Below, one piece after another: positions 52,210 through 64,000 of a stretch of 64,000 bases of DNA. How positions within the stretch are numbered: position 1 is the first letter of the stretch; the number at the start of each line of letters is the position of its first letter. Both the position numbers and the translations under genes were made by a program. Origin of the DNA: Octopus sinensis (taxonomy: Eukaryota). Under the pieces are notes generated by a model, which saw nothing but the letters and a program-made list of their open reading frames with translations, ran no database searches and was not told where the DNA came from. The DNA lies in NCBI RefSeq assembly GCF_006345805.1, contig NC_042998.1, forward strand, positions 73,966,001-74,030,000. Reading direction: 5' to 3'.

Positions 52210-53690
52210 ATTATAGCTTGCATAGGATATTTTTCTTAATTTCACCTTTTCAAATACCCTTTCAGCTTCTAGTCGTTTACCATGCTGTTATACATTGCAT
52301 CATAGATTATCGCTATAGTCCAATAGAAACAGTTCTGAAGAGAGTATTCTCAACAGATCTTAATAAATTCTTGTCATTCCCAAATTTTGTTTCATCTTCC
52401 ATTGCTTTTTTCAAAATGAAGGCATGGCCTTTCATAATTTTGTCAGCCGGTGTCCAGAACAAGGCGAATTTTGAAAGTGTTTTGCTTTAGTTGAGAAACA
52501 CATTCATACAGTTGCTTTTGATTCGCAGGTGGTCTACTGTAAACAGAGTGGATTAATTCTATGAACTCCACCCACCAAATCACCAATTGCAACTTCCAAT
52601 CTGTTTCTTGCGAATTGTTGTAACACCAGATGTAACATCAAACATTATGCTCGCCCTGTCACTAGTAAATACTACAAGCGTCGTCAAACTCATGGTTGAT
52701 AAAACAGCTCAATAGATGCTTAGAAATAGTTGCAGTTTTCTGATCAGGCAGTTCAATTAGGCTTAAAACCATAAAATAGGGATCAACTTCCTTACCACTT
52801 TCACATGACAAATACACTTTAAGGGCAATCTTAATGCTCATGCTTGTTGATTCCTCAATGAGAACAGAAAGTTTACCAATTATCTGCTCGAGAAGCTGGC
52901 AAATTTTCATTTTCATATTAATGGATATGCCATTAATTATCTTTGTAGCACTAGTGCAGGAACGAAGTCTAATTCTAATATCAATACCATTTTTCTTTTG
53001 AAGTTCCAGTACACCAAAGGGATCAAAATTATGGTCTGTCATTCTGAGCTAAATAATATGCAGAAAGAAATATTGAACAACTTGCCTTTAGATGCAAACT
53101 ATTCATGGTGTCAAATAATTTTCTATGGCATCTTCTCTAGCTCTGTTTTCAACACAGAGAGCAACAGCGTAGGCTTTTGATATTCTGTGATCAACAATTT
53201 TCTTCCTTTTTTCTTTTCTTCTCTAAAAGACTTCAAGCGTGTTGTTCGATTAGTTCCATAATAAGATACTTGGTAGAACTGCCATTCATTGGACAATCAT
53301 AAACCCTTAGAATTGAAAAGTTTCAAGTTGGTGAAGTTTTCACATGCTACGCATTCAAGTTTACCTCCTTTGAAGTTTAACGAGGGATAAGTATCCTTTC
53401 TTTTTTTTTTTTTTTTATCAACATTTCTGCTGCAGTCCTAGCAACAGAACAAGGATTCAAGATTGACTGTCAAGCACCATTACTGCCAAAACTGCATTTG
53501 GACCCAATTCAAAAATGTTTTGTAGAAGCTGGCAGAAACTCAGCATTGTAGATATTTACTGTTATCAGTCACTTGTATTTTAATCTTGTTGCATTCCTCT
53601 GCTTGTTCGCGAAGGAAAGAAGCTAATGTTGTTTGCTTAAAAGGCAATTTGCTTGTGCATTAGCGAGTAATCCTTGTCCACGGCTCATGA
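52210..53690 (-). mobile_element. hAT transposase fossil (KIAA1586/ZNF862-like lineage)
   Basis: Fragments IFLSAYYLAQNDRP, LELQKKNGIDI..LSVLIEESTSMS..VYL..LSLIELPDQ, VFTSDRASIM, NRLEVAIGD. Many stops and frameshifts. Confidence 0.8.
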
Positions 53691-54149
53691 AGTCTTATTA
53701 ATGCGGCCGAAACATAACAAAGCTTGGCTTAAGACACAGATAGACTGAATCATCCTTTTTTTTTGTTTTTGTTTTTTGTTTTCTTTTTTTGTATCCATGG
53801 TAATTTCTTGCACAACCTATCTGTTGACAAAATTTTATTTGTTCCAGATTAAAACACTTTTCTTATTATTATTGTAGGGTGTCCCGAAAGTATACGCAAA
53901 CGTACATATGTTGAGAATATGGTGTTTATAGAGAAGACTGTAAGATTTAAGCAATCAAATCCCCCCTCAAAGAACAGTCTACTGTTTTCAAACGAGAATG
54001 ACATAATGCATTGCGTTTCAATAAATATACAACGAGAGTTGTTTTGAAAGTAATACCAAAGTTGGCATAACTTTTTAATTAGCGTAGATCTCTCAAATTG
54101 TACTTGTTAATAAAATAACTTTTCTTCTATAGTACCTCCTCTTCGTGTT

Positions 54150-54720
54150 CTTTTTGTAAATAATGGGTTTCAAGCAGAAGAAACATGCCGTCATTAGGGT
54201 GCAGGCTTGTTAAGATTCATAGAAAACCACAGGTTGTTTATGAGGATGACATCGTGCATAAATGGATGAAGAAGTTTAAAAAGGGGTAAACCAGCACTGA
54301 AGACAAATCATACGGTAGGAGATTGTTAACTGCTACGACTGACACGACTCGCCAGGGTCGAATTGATCCGTGCAGTTAGACGAGTGACACATGTCACTTG
54401 AATGTCTAAAAAGTTCAACACCCAAAAGTCAGATGACAGATTTGGGAGGTGACGCTCAAAAAACGCTTATAGAAGCCATTATGAAAAAGAGACCGAACAA
54501 GAATCTGAAAAGGATCTGCATTCACGATGGCAATGCACGACCACACATATCTTTGGCAACTAATCAGACAATCAGTAAATTGGGTTGTCTAGTCGAGGTG
54601 AAAGTAAACGTAAAGAAGTGAGTACTTGAGTGCACACCTAATGTTTTTCTAATAGGATTTCAAAGTTGGATTCAATAATGGTGTAAATGCATCACTTGTA
54701 ATGAAGACTATTATGAGTAG
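54150..54720 (+). mobile_element. mariner transposase fossil, internally deleted
   Basis: VHKWMKKFKKG*TSTEDK (HTH region), IHDGNARPH (HDNARPH motif), WCKCITCNEDYYE* (C-terminus). Confidence 0.8.
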
Positions 54721-55120
54721 CGCCATTGTGTAGAGGAAAAGTTACATGCGCAATCTGAACATCGTATGTCACTACATGCAAAAGAATAAGTCCATTTCTG
54801 AATTGCTTTCGGAACAAATCTCATTGTTATCTGGAGAAGGAAGGACGTTCGAAGTCAGAATGCTTTGATATTATATCCGACTGACTAGGTCTAAATAAAC
54901 AATTGCACATAAACAAATTGTTGCACTCTATACTTGGATAAATGTCAGAACCCTATAGAAAAATACAACTTCCTGCAATTTTCTCACTTGATAAGGAAAT
55001 CAAACGAAAGCATTACATTCCAAGTCCATGAATCTCGGAGAAATAGACAGTATAACCAACTCAATATCTTACTGGAACTTACTGTATCAATCCCTTTATA
55101 ACGCTCTTAATACCAATATA

Positions 55121-55353
55121 TATTTCTTTACTACCCACAAGGGGCTAAACACAGAGGGGATAAACAAGGACAGACAAACGGATTAAGTCGATTATATCGA
55201 CCCCAATGCGTAACTGGTACTTAATTTATCGACCCCGAAAGGATGAAAGGCAAAGTCGACCTCGGCGGAATTTGAACTCAGAACGTAACGGCAGACGAAA
55301 TATCGCTAAACATTTCGCCCAGCGTGCTAACGTTTCTGCCAGCTCGCCGCCTT
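55121..55353 (-). mobile_element. SINE family B
   Basis: Full-length, near consensus. Confidence 0.95.
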
Positions 55354-56420
55354 GATACCAATATAGGCTTCTTAATACCAATATAGTCTTCCTTCCACCA
55401 CCACCACCCATCACCACCACTCCGGACGATGCAATCTACCAAGGGGCACCTACACACAGTTACAGCATTTATACAGATTAGCGTTGGGCATCCAACAAAT
55501 ACAATTTAAGCGATCTTCGTTAATAAAAAAAAAGTTATGCCAACTTTCGTATTACTTTCAAAACAACTCTCGTTGTATATTTATGGCGACGCAATGCATT
55601 GCGTCCTATTCGTTTGAAATAGTCTTCACAATATGGGTATGCCTTAAGACAAACCCAGTATGGCAACAGACGCAATTGAATGTTAGACTGCTATGTAGTT
55701 ATTTAGTTTATTTTTGCCTCAATTCAAATCCCGTTTCAATGGATACCGCTATTCAATGCATCAAAAGCCAACATAATAAGTACTGTTTACTGGAGCGACA
55801 ATCCCTAGTAAGATTGACCCACTTCAAAAACTTCCACTGCACTTCAATAGACTCTAAAGCAATGTTTTCTTTCCCAAAACATACATTCTTTTAGAACCAC
55901 GAACCAAGAACCAACAACAATAACAACACCATCAAACCTCTTCTCTGACTCTCTCCCTTGTCTATACATTCCTTCCCACTCATAATATATATCAGTTCAA
56001 ATTAACCACCAACCACACTAACTTACCCCAGCAATCCCAGGAAAGGTGGGTCACTAGCTGACATCAGCCCTGAACCTTTCCACATCAATCTACTGAATAG
56101 GAGCAACACGGAATTTATTGACAACAGACATTTCCTGTAAAAAGGACGAGTCGGCCGATCCCCCCTCCCATACTCTACCCTACATCCATTCCTCTGCACA
56201 ATACATACATGAAGTCAGATCAAATAACAGAAGCACTTGTTGCTTTTAAATTTTATTTGCCGACAAAGAAGGCTGAAGTTTTCTTTGCTCTGTGGTATTC
56301 ATTTTTAACATTTGAATGTTATATACATTATGCATGCGTGTACGCGCGTGTGTGTGTGCGTGTGTGTGTATACATGTGTGGGTGTATGAGTATGCTTGTA
56401 TACATATTTTTCACACATAG

Positions 56421-56478
<58 letters not shown>

Positions 56479-56859
56479 AATATGTACGCACACATAGATA
56501 TAAATGAACGTATGTGTATGTGTGTATTATGCATACATTTTTAAATATATATATATATATATATAAATATATATATATATACATACATACATACATACGT
56601 ACATACATAAATACATACATACATACAACATACATACATACATACATACATACATACATACATACATACATACATACATACATACATACATAGATGCATA
56701 CATTCATACTTACATATAAATTTAACAGAACAATTATTACTGCTAGATTCTTACACTTTCTTCGACCTACAGTCACCAGATGCGTCAGTAAATCAAAGGA
56801 TTAGCGAGAAACTGACAGTAATGTTTGTACTGATAAGCTCAAGCGAATTTAAATACACT

Positions 56860-57045
56860 CAGACATACATACATACATACATACATACATACATACATAC
56901 ATACATACATACATACATACATACATACATACATACATACACACATACATATACATACATACATACATACATACACATACATACATACATACATACATAC
57001 ATACATGCATACATACATACATACATACATACATACATACATACA

Positions 57046-57075
<30 letters not shown>
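56860..57075. repeat. (TACA)n array
   Basis: Visible array. Confidence 0.97.
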
Positions 57076-57077
<2 letters not shown>

Positions 57078-57414
57078 CACATGCTGAAATGTTGAGAAAT
57101 CTGCAGTTACTCTATCCAGATTAGAAGTTCAGGTTTATACCTGTAATTATTGGGGAAATGGGATATACCAATCTTGAGAAATTAGGCTTCTCAAAACCAG
57201 AAAGGAGAAAGCTGATTCGAAGACTACAGATCCAAGCTATCAACTGGAGCTGTAAAAATCTGTAAAACTTTCCAGAAGTTTATCATTTAAATATACATGA
57301 GCCTACCTAGATATGCAACTATATACATGAGAATACATACATACATACATACATACATACATACATACATACATACATACATACATACATACATACATAC
57401 ATACATACATACAA

Positions 57415-57758
57415 GATGGCTGCCCGTCGTTATCGAGTATGGCCATTGCACGAAGCTTAACTGTTATTGGTGCTGTGATCGAGTGTGACTTTTTAGCCCA
57501 TCTAAAGATCTACAATGTCTTATACAGAATTGGCAGCTAAAACCTTTACCGGTAATAGCCGGCTGTAGTTGTAACTGGGCTTCATGTACCTTTGCATGTC
57601 GTTTAAGTCCTCCAGCCGAATTACACTCTCTTCCATATCCCTGACAGATATGATTAGTATGGTGTGTAACACCACCACCAGTGGCCAGGTTGTCACTCAT
57701 CTGTCTCGCTTTATGACTCCGAAGATGACATAGAAATAATCGGACTGAATACCCGATC
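57415..57758 (-). mobile_element. probable RTE (BovB-like) LINE 3' end with two C2H2-like fingers
   Basis: HICQGYGRECNSAGGLKRHAKVH and FSCQFCIRHCRSLDGLKSHTRSQH*, then a short 3' UTR ggccatactcgataacgacgggcagccat and a (TATG)n tail. No TGEKP linkers. Confidence 0.6.
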
Positions 57759-59429
57759 ACATACATACGTACATACATACATACATACATACATACATAC
57801 GTAATACATACATACATACATACATACATACATACATACATACATACATACATACATGCATACATACAAAAGTACCTTGTTGTTGATGTTGAAATTCCAA
57901 TGAAGGAGACTTGGATCTAGGTTAGAAACCGGCTCTTTCTATATTGGCAAGAAATCTCTAAATAAAACTGAAAAATGACATACATAAATGATGACTGTAA
58001 GTTGATTCCAAGCAATGCCATAGCTTGATGCGGTTTCTCAGTCCTCTGGGATATACACTGCTTTGCAGCAGGTGTAGAGAGAGCCTACCACCCCGGCTGA
58101 TACATACCATTGTTCCATGATAGAATTCTTCATTGTTTTGCCTTTCTCAACTATAGTGTGCAACACATACATACATACACATACATACATACATACATAC
58201 ATACATACATACATACATACATACACATACATACATATATGCATGCATGCATATATACATATAAACTTTCGTACATATATACGTACAACCGCATATGTGT
58301 GTATGTGTTTATGCGTGTGTGTTTTTATAGGTGCATATAAGTATGCGTATATATGTATGTGTGTGTCTATGCGTGTGTGTGTGTGTGTGTTTGTATGCAT
58401 GTGTATGGTTGTGTTGCAATGATAACCCGACTACCTTCTATTTTTGGCTTTTTTTTTTCGTTGACGTTCTTTTCCTATTTTTGTATGACTTCCTTGCAGT
58501 TTGTTTTGGAACAGTGCAGTTCCTAAATTTATCATCAACATTTCTAGACGTTCATAGTTGAGAATATGTGCATGTGTATATATGTGTATGTACGTGTGTG
58601 TGCGTGTGTGTGTACATGTGTGTATGCATAAAAGCAAATGGAGAAGTAGCTCGGGGAGCTTCTTACAATACAATGAAAGAAATAGTAATTTATTAATTTT
58701 TTTTTTCATATTTCGGTTGAATCTCCCATCTATTGAGGAAAAGGTAATTATGGAAATTAAAAGAAATCAAGGATCGCTATGTGCAGTCTTAGGCGGAAGT
58801 TTCAGCAGAGGAATTTGTGTCGGAGGCAGTAGTAGTAGTAGTAATAGTAGTAGTAGTAGTAGTAGTAGTGTAGTAGTAGTAGTAGTAGTAGTTGTAGTAG
58901 TAGTATAGCAGCAGCAGCAGCAGTAGTAGTAGAAGTAGAAGTAGTAGTAGTTGTAGTAGTAGCAGTAGTAGTAGTTGTTGTTGTTGTTGTAGTAGTGCTG
59001 TTGTTGTTGTTGTTGTTGTTGATGATGTTGCTATCGTTGTTGTAGCAGCAGCAGCAGCAGAATTGTCAGTAGTGGTGGCAGTATTCAAGAAATAGTACCA
59101 GCCTATAGAAACCGTGGAAATAACATTAGTATCCATGGTAGCGGTAGTGGATGTAGACGACTTATACTAGCCATCTACCCAACACCGATCGACTGTAAAT
59201 TTTTAGCATCTCTCTTCCAATGAGAATAACCTCTTTAATCCGTAAATAACCTATGTTCCTCTCTCTTGTTCACTGTGCTTCCGAGCGAAAGGTACATGGT
59301 GTAAAGTGCACCTTAAGCCGGGTGTACAATGATTCCTTAGTGTTTTTTCATTTAAAACTAACTAACATGAGATAAAATTGAGTTAGATGATATTGCCTGC
59401 CCTTATCGAAATACTTTGTTATCCTATTG

Positions 59430-59724
59430 TGGTCGAGCTCACAATCATGAGATAGTGAGTTCGATTCATGGACCGTGTGTGCCATGTGTTGTATTCTGGA
59501 GCAAGACACTTTATTTCCCATTACACCAGTTCACTCAGCTGTAGAAATGAGTTGTGACGTCACTGGTGCCAAACTGCATTGGCCTTTGCCTTTTCCTTGA
59601 ATAACATCGGTAGAGAGGAGAGGGAAGGCTAGTATGCATGGGCGACTGCTGGACTTCCATAAATACTCTTGCCTGGACTTGTCCCTCGGAGGGTAACTTT
59701 CTAGGTGCTATCCCACGATCATTC
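59430..59724 (+). mobile_element. tRNA-derived SINE (head type B, body Z)
   Basis: Homologous to 37212-37503. Confidence 0.85.
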
Positions 59725-60290
59725 TAATCAAAGAGATTGCAGTCTGGGGAGTTAGGTGGCCAGATATTAGGGGTGATGTGGTCGCAGAAATTGTCTGACA
59801 GCCATAACTAGGTTCTCCTGCTTGTGTGACATGGTGCTGAGTCCTGTTGCTTGACATAGGGTCTTCCAACAGCCACCCTCTTGACCCAACGCAGGCATTA
59901 GATGTCGGCGTCTGTGTTGAGTGTGAGGCTGTGTGGGAAGATGAATGGCGGCATAACGTCGCCAACACCATAATGTTGACTGGACGTTTGATTTTTATTA
60001 CTCTCGGTGCATGTTTTGGGGACACGAGCAAGCCAACGGTTGTTCTGTATGTTCACCATCTCATCCTCGCAGAAATTTTTCTCGTCCGGGAAAAAAACAA
60101 AGCATGTTCGGTTGGAGGGGATGCTTGAGTTTGTTCAAAAGCACTTCGCTGATATGACTCCATCTCGCTTGTCGTAGGGTCGGAGCCTGTCTTCCTTGTC
60201 AACCGGTAGAAAAGTGCTCTCACGTGGCTAAGAGTTGTTTTGACTCTTATTTCTAGCAATGCCTTTCAAGATTGACTCTTCATCTGAGAA
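59725..60290 (-). mobile_element. maT (DD37D) Tc1/mariner transposase fossil
   Basis: FFPDEKNF..NNRWLA, then QQDSAPCHTSRRT*LWLSDNFCDHITPNIWPPNSPDCNLFD, with 37 codons counted between the second and third Asp. Confidence 0.88.
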
Positions 60291-60576
60291 GGAATAAAAT
60301 CTATTTTTCGACTGAATCATTACTGTCAGGTGACAGTATACCAACCTTACCCAAACTCACCAATTCTACAATAGAATCCACTCTTTCACACCCACACACA
60401 TCACACTACACCACTATCACTACCACCACGAACCACAACCACCATTACCATCACCACCACCATTAAAAATACCACCATCACCATAGCCAACACCATCAGC
60501 AAAATTCTTGCAGTCTGTTTTTGATGGACCTGCACAGTGACACACGCACAAACATTTCAGGAGAACGCATTATAAC

Positions 60577-60666
<90 letters not shown>

Positions 60667-61109
60667 GTGTAGAAGGCGAAGGAGTATGAAGGTAGGTAAA
60701 GCGGGAAGAACTCGGTATTGAAAGCGCCTATGTCTCACAGAGGAGATTCCAGGTAAGGCTGGGGAGATGACTGCTTACGTTGAAGAAGAAAGAAGAGATT
60801 GAAAATAAAAAAATTATTTTAGGAACAAGGAATATTAAATGTCAGCTTGACAACTTTGGCCTCATTAGCGTGGTGGGAGGTGCAGATTAACTCATTCATG
60901 CATATGTATATGTATAAATTCATCCATCATATATATATATATACACACACATATGTGTATGTGCGAGCGCGCGTATGTACATGTATATATGTACGTATGT
61001 ATATGTGTGTGTGTGTGTGCATACACATATTTTTGTGTGTGTGTATTTTTATCTTTTATTGGTATCAGCCAAAAGCTGCAGCCGTGCCTTTAGAAAAAAA
61101 ATATGGAAA

Positions 61110-61181
61110 GGGTGCGTACAGAACTTGAACTCGAGACCTCTCGCACCCAAAGCGAGAATCATACCCCTACACCTGCGATCC
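61110..61181 (-). pseudogene. tRNA-Pro(TGG) pseudogene
   Basis: 72 nt; the D and anticodon arms taggggtatgattctcgctttgggtgcgagagg match metazoan tRNA-Pro. Acceptor stem has 3 mismatches and the T stem is damaged. A T-tract terminator lies a few nt downstream. Confidence 0.88.
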
Positions 61182-61203
61182 ACTTCTGCATACAGAGCGT
61201 GCA

Positions 61204-61291
<88 letters not shown>

Positions 61292-61322
61292 GAGACAGAT
61301 AGAGACAGAGAGAGACAGAGAC

Positions 61323-61353
<31 letters not shown>

Positions 61354-61492
61354 GACAGAGACAGACAGACAGACAGACTGACAGACAGAGACAGAGAGAT
61401 AGAGAGTGAGTGAATGAGAGAGAGAGAGAGAGAGAGCCACACACACAAACATACATAAATTATATATACATATGTATGTAGGTATGCCATAT

Positions 61493-61742
61493 GCCCGTGG
61501 GAGTAGAGGTTAAGAGCGTGGGCTACTAACCCCAAGATTCCGAGTTCGATTCCAGGCAGGGACTAGAAGAAGAAGAAGAAGAAGAAGAAGAAGAGGAATG
61601 AGATCCCAGGTTCGAAATTTCTCCCAAGACACCTGATGAAGGCTGGAGGGTATATCAGCCGAAACGTTGTGTAAACAACAAACAAGATGAGGACAAATAT
61701 CCGACAAATGTAAATAATTCCTCATTTCTTAAATATAGAACT
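61493..61742 (+). mobile_element. tRNA-headed element carrying a hammerhead motif
   Basis: 61493-61563 is a decayed tRNA-Asn-like head (B-box gttcgattcc, 3' cagggac), then (GAA)n, then the HHR at 61629-61672. Confidence 0.6.
61629..61672 (+). ncRNA. minimal type I hammerhead ribozyme motif
   Basis: ACAC-CTGATGA-A-GGCTG(loop)CAGCC-GAAACG-T-T-GTGT: intact core, 5-bp stem II, 4-bp stem I, palindromic ACGT stem III. Confidence 0.65.
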
Positions 61743-62614
61743 ATATTTTCAACCGTTCTTTTAAATCAATAGGTTAGAACCATTAGAGAGAACCTTTAAG
61801 TGGAACAACTTGAAGATTGTCATTGGAACCACAATTGTTTCTTTTTCAGTTTCGGTGCAGTGAGACCAAATCAGATCCTGCCAGCTGAACTGTTTCACAT
61901 GTTTGTCAATATCCAAAATTAAATCACTTGGTAGTGTAGACTTACCAAACAGTGTACAGGATTATATAACATACCACAAGATACATATGGATTAAACCAT
62001 TATATTTCAGAATATATAGTTACACACATGTTTTACTATGTGTGTGTGTGTGTACGTATGTGTGAGGAGGGAGAATGGGAATGAGAGAAAGAACTGAAGA
62101 CATTATATTGGAGAATATATAGTTACCCTTCTGTTCTAAAATAGTTTTGAGTTATAAATGCCAGCTAGAAATCGCAGAAGGATGTAACAACTCAAATTTC
62201 ATTCAGCTTCTATGCAGAGAGTACTTTTCGGTCCTTCACCGGCTTCTTCGTACGAATTGATTGTCCCCAAATGACTTTATAAGTAAGGCTATTTATTATT
62301 ATTATAGATTACATAGAATAAACGGAATCATATGTTGTACGGTGTCTTTCGTAATTCTCAACATACACTTATTGCTAAATATCTACGCGAGCAAATAATT
62401 TATTCAGGATATTGATCGAGAAAAAAAATACTTTGACTAAAAAAACAGAAATTCACGTAGAAATGAGTGTATGTGTGTGAATGGGTGTACTTGTATGTGT
62501 GCATTTATAGATTTTCGCACATACAGGAGATAGAAAAAAATACTTGAATATATGTGACGTTTATTCAATTATTTGAAGTTAAGGTTCACATACCCTCACA
62601 CTCACACACACACA

Positions 62615-62727
62615 TAGATAAATAGACAGACAGACAGGCAGGCAGGCAGGCAGGCAGACAGGCAGGCAGGCAGACAGACAGACAGACAGACAGACAGATA
62701 GAGAGAGAGAGAGAGATAGATAGATAG

Positions 62728-62807
<80 letters not shown>

Positions 62808-62870
62808 CAGACAGACTGACAGGCAGGCAGGCAGGCAGGCAGGCAGAAAGACAGACAGACAGACAGAAAG

Positions 62871-62908
<38 letters not shown>

Positions 62909-62909
62909 G

Positions 62910-62965
<56 letters not shown>

Positions 62966-62966
62966 C

Positions 62967-63050
<84 letters not shown>

Positions 63051-63051
63051 T

Positions 63052-63082
<31 letters not shown>
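62615..63082. repeat. (GATA)/(GACA)/(GGCA) array
   Basis: Visible array of about 470 bp. Confidence 0.97.
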
Positions 63083-63083
<1 letters not shown>

Positions 63084-63084
63084 T

Positions 63085-63340
63085 GATGGACACTCCCGCA
63101 GAAGACGACGTCTGAGTCTCCAGCTTTTTGTCGAATGACCTGCACAAATGATTTCTTTATAGTGATCAAATGTAAGTGCTACACATTAGCTCGTTCCCTC
63201 CATCAAATCGACGTTGCTCGAACAGGTGCACGGCGTAGCACGCGTCAGGTGTCGATGTGATTGCAGAGCAATGTGAGATTAAGTAGGAATTGAAACCACA
63301 ATCTCGCGAGCAACACTCTAACCACCAGGCCAATCGCCCT
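63085..63340 (-). mobile_element. SINE with body W (relative of 23585-24052)
   Basis: Shared gaatgacctgcacaaatga..cacattagctc..ctccatcaaatc..aacaggtgc. Confidence 0.72.
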
Positions 63341-63644
63341 CTATATATATACGTGTGTATGTAAAAATAGTGTGTTAGTGTGTATGTGTGAATGGGGGCG
63401 AGCGCGTGTGTATGTGTGTGTGGGCGAGCTTAAAATTATGTGTGCGTATGGGCAAGGGCCCGGGAACAGGGGATGCAGGTGGTGCCCTTGCACCCCTTAA
63501 AATTTTGTTGGAGTGCAAAATTCAGTATTGCACTCCCTATGTATCTTTCCCAGATCTAGAAAATAGTGTTTAAAAGTTGATCTGTAAAAGGTTGCTTGAA
63601 GTTAGGTTTCTTCCCAAAAGATGAACAAAAAACTAAAATAAATA

Positions 63645-64000
63645 GGCGCAGGAGTGGCTGTGTGGTAAGTAGCTTGCTAACCAACCACATGGTTCCGGGT
63701 TCAGTCCCACTGCGTGGCATCTTGGGCAAGTGTCTTCTGCTATAGCCCCGGGCCGACCAATGCCTTGTGAGTGGATTTGGTAGACGGAAACTGAAAGAAG
63801 CCTGTCGTATATATGTATATATATGTATATGTGTGTGTGTTTGTGTGTCTGTGTTTGTCCCCCTAGCATTGCTTGACAACCGATGCTGGTGTGTTTGCGT
63901 CCTCGTCACTTAGCGGTTCGGCAAAAAGAGACCGATAGAATAAGTACTAAAAGGTGGTGCTCCAGCATGGCCGCAGTCAAATGACTGAAACAAGAAAAAG
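63645..64000 (+). mobile_element. SINE family A
   Basis: Full-length to the window edge. Confidence 0.95.

Noticed and set aside
57890-57945. ccaatgaag...gaaaccggct as a newt-type hammerhead
   Set aside because: Two core substitutions, the cleavage-site U is absent and stem I does not pair. At best a heavily decayed relic.
60741-60752. 12-nt plus-strand microexon candidate (cacag|aggagattccag|gtaagg)
   Set aside because: Weak pyrimidine tract, and too short to evaluate from sequence alone.

Overview
AT-rich, microsatellite-saturated eukaryotic DNA. The tRNA-derived SINE families look like those of Octopus, an inference from recalled repeat families. No host protein-coding gene can be identified with confidence, and almost every ORF in the supplied track is a translated microsatellite. 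The recognisable coding sequence is all transposon fossil: RTE LINEs (one 1.36-kb copy with a 5' inversion), an R4/Dong-type endonuclease, a Penelope-like element (PLE), two mariner remnants, a maT (DD37D) remnant and a KIAA1586-like hAT remnant. There are also about 20 SINE copies, several MITEs and Helentron-type non-autonomous elements, and a tRNA-Pro(TGG) pseudogene. The most interesting signal is a set of minimal hammerhead-ribozyme (HHR) motifs. The best one (61629-61672) has an intact catalytic core and sits behind a tRNA-derived Pol III head, suggesting a ribozyme-carrying SINE/retrozyme possibly mobilised by PLEs. Other highlights are a twin-priming-like inversion in an RTE, a 910-bp foldback element with 220-bp inverted arms, a head-to-head mariner palindrome, module-swapping among SINEs, and a speculative phase-compatible exon chain on the + strand.
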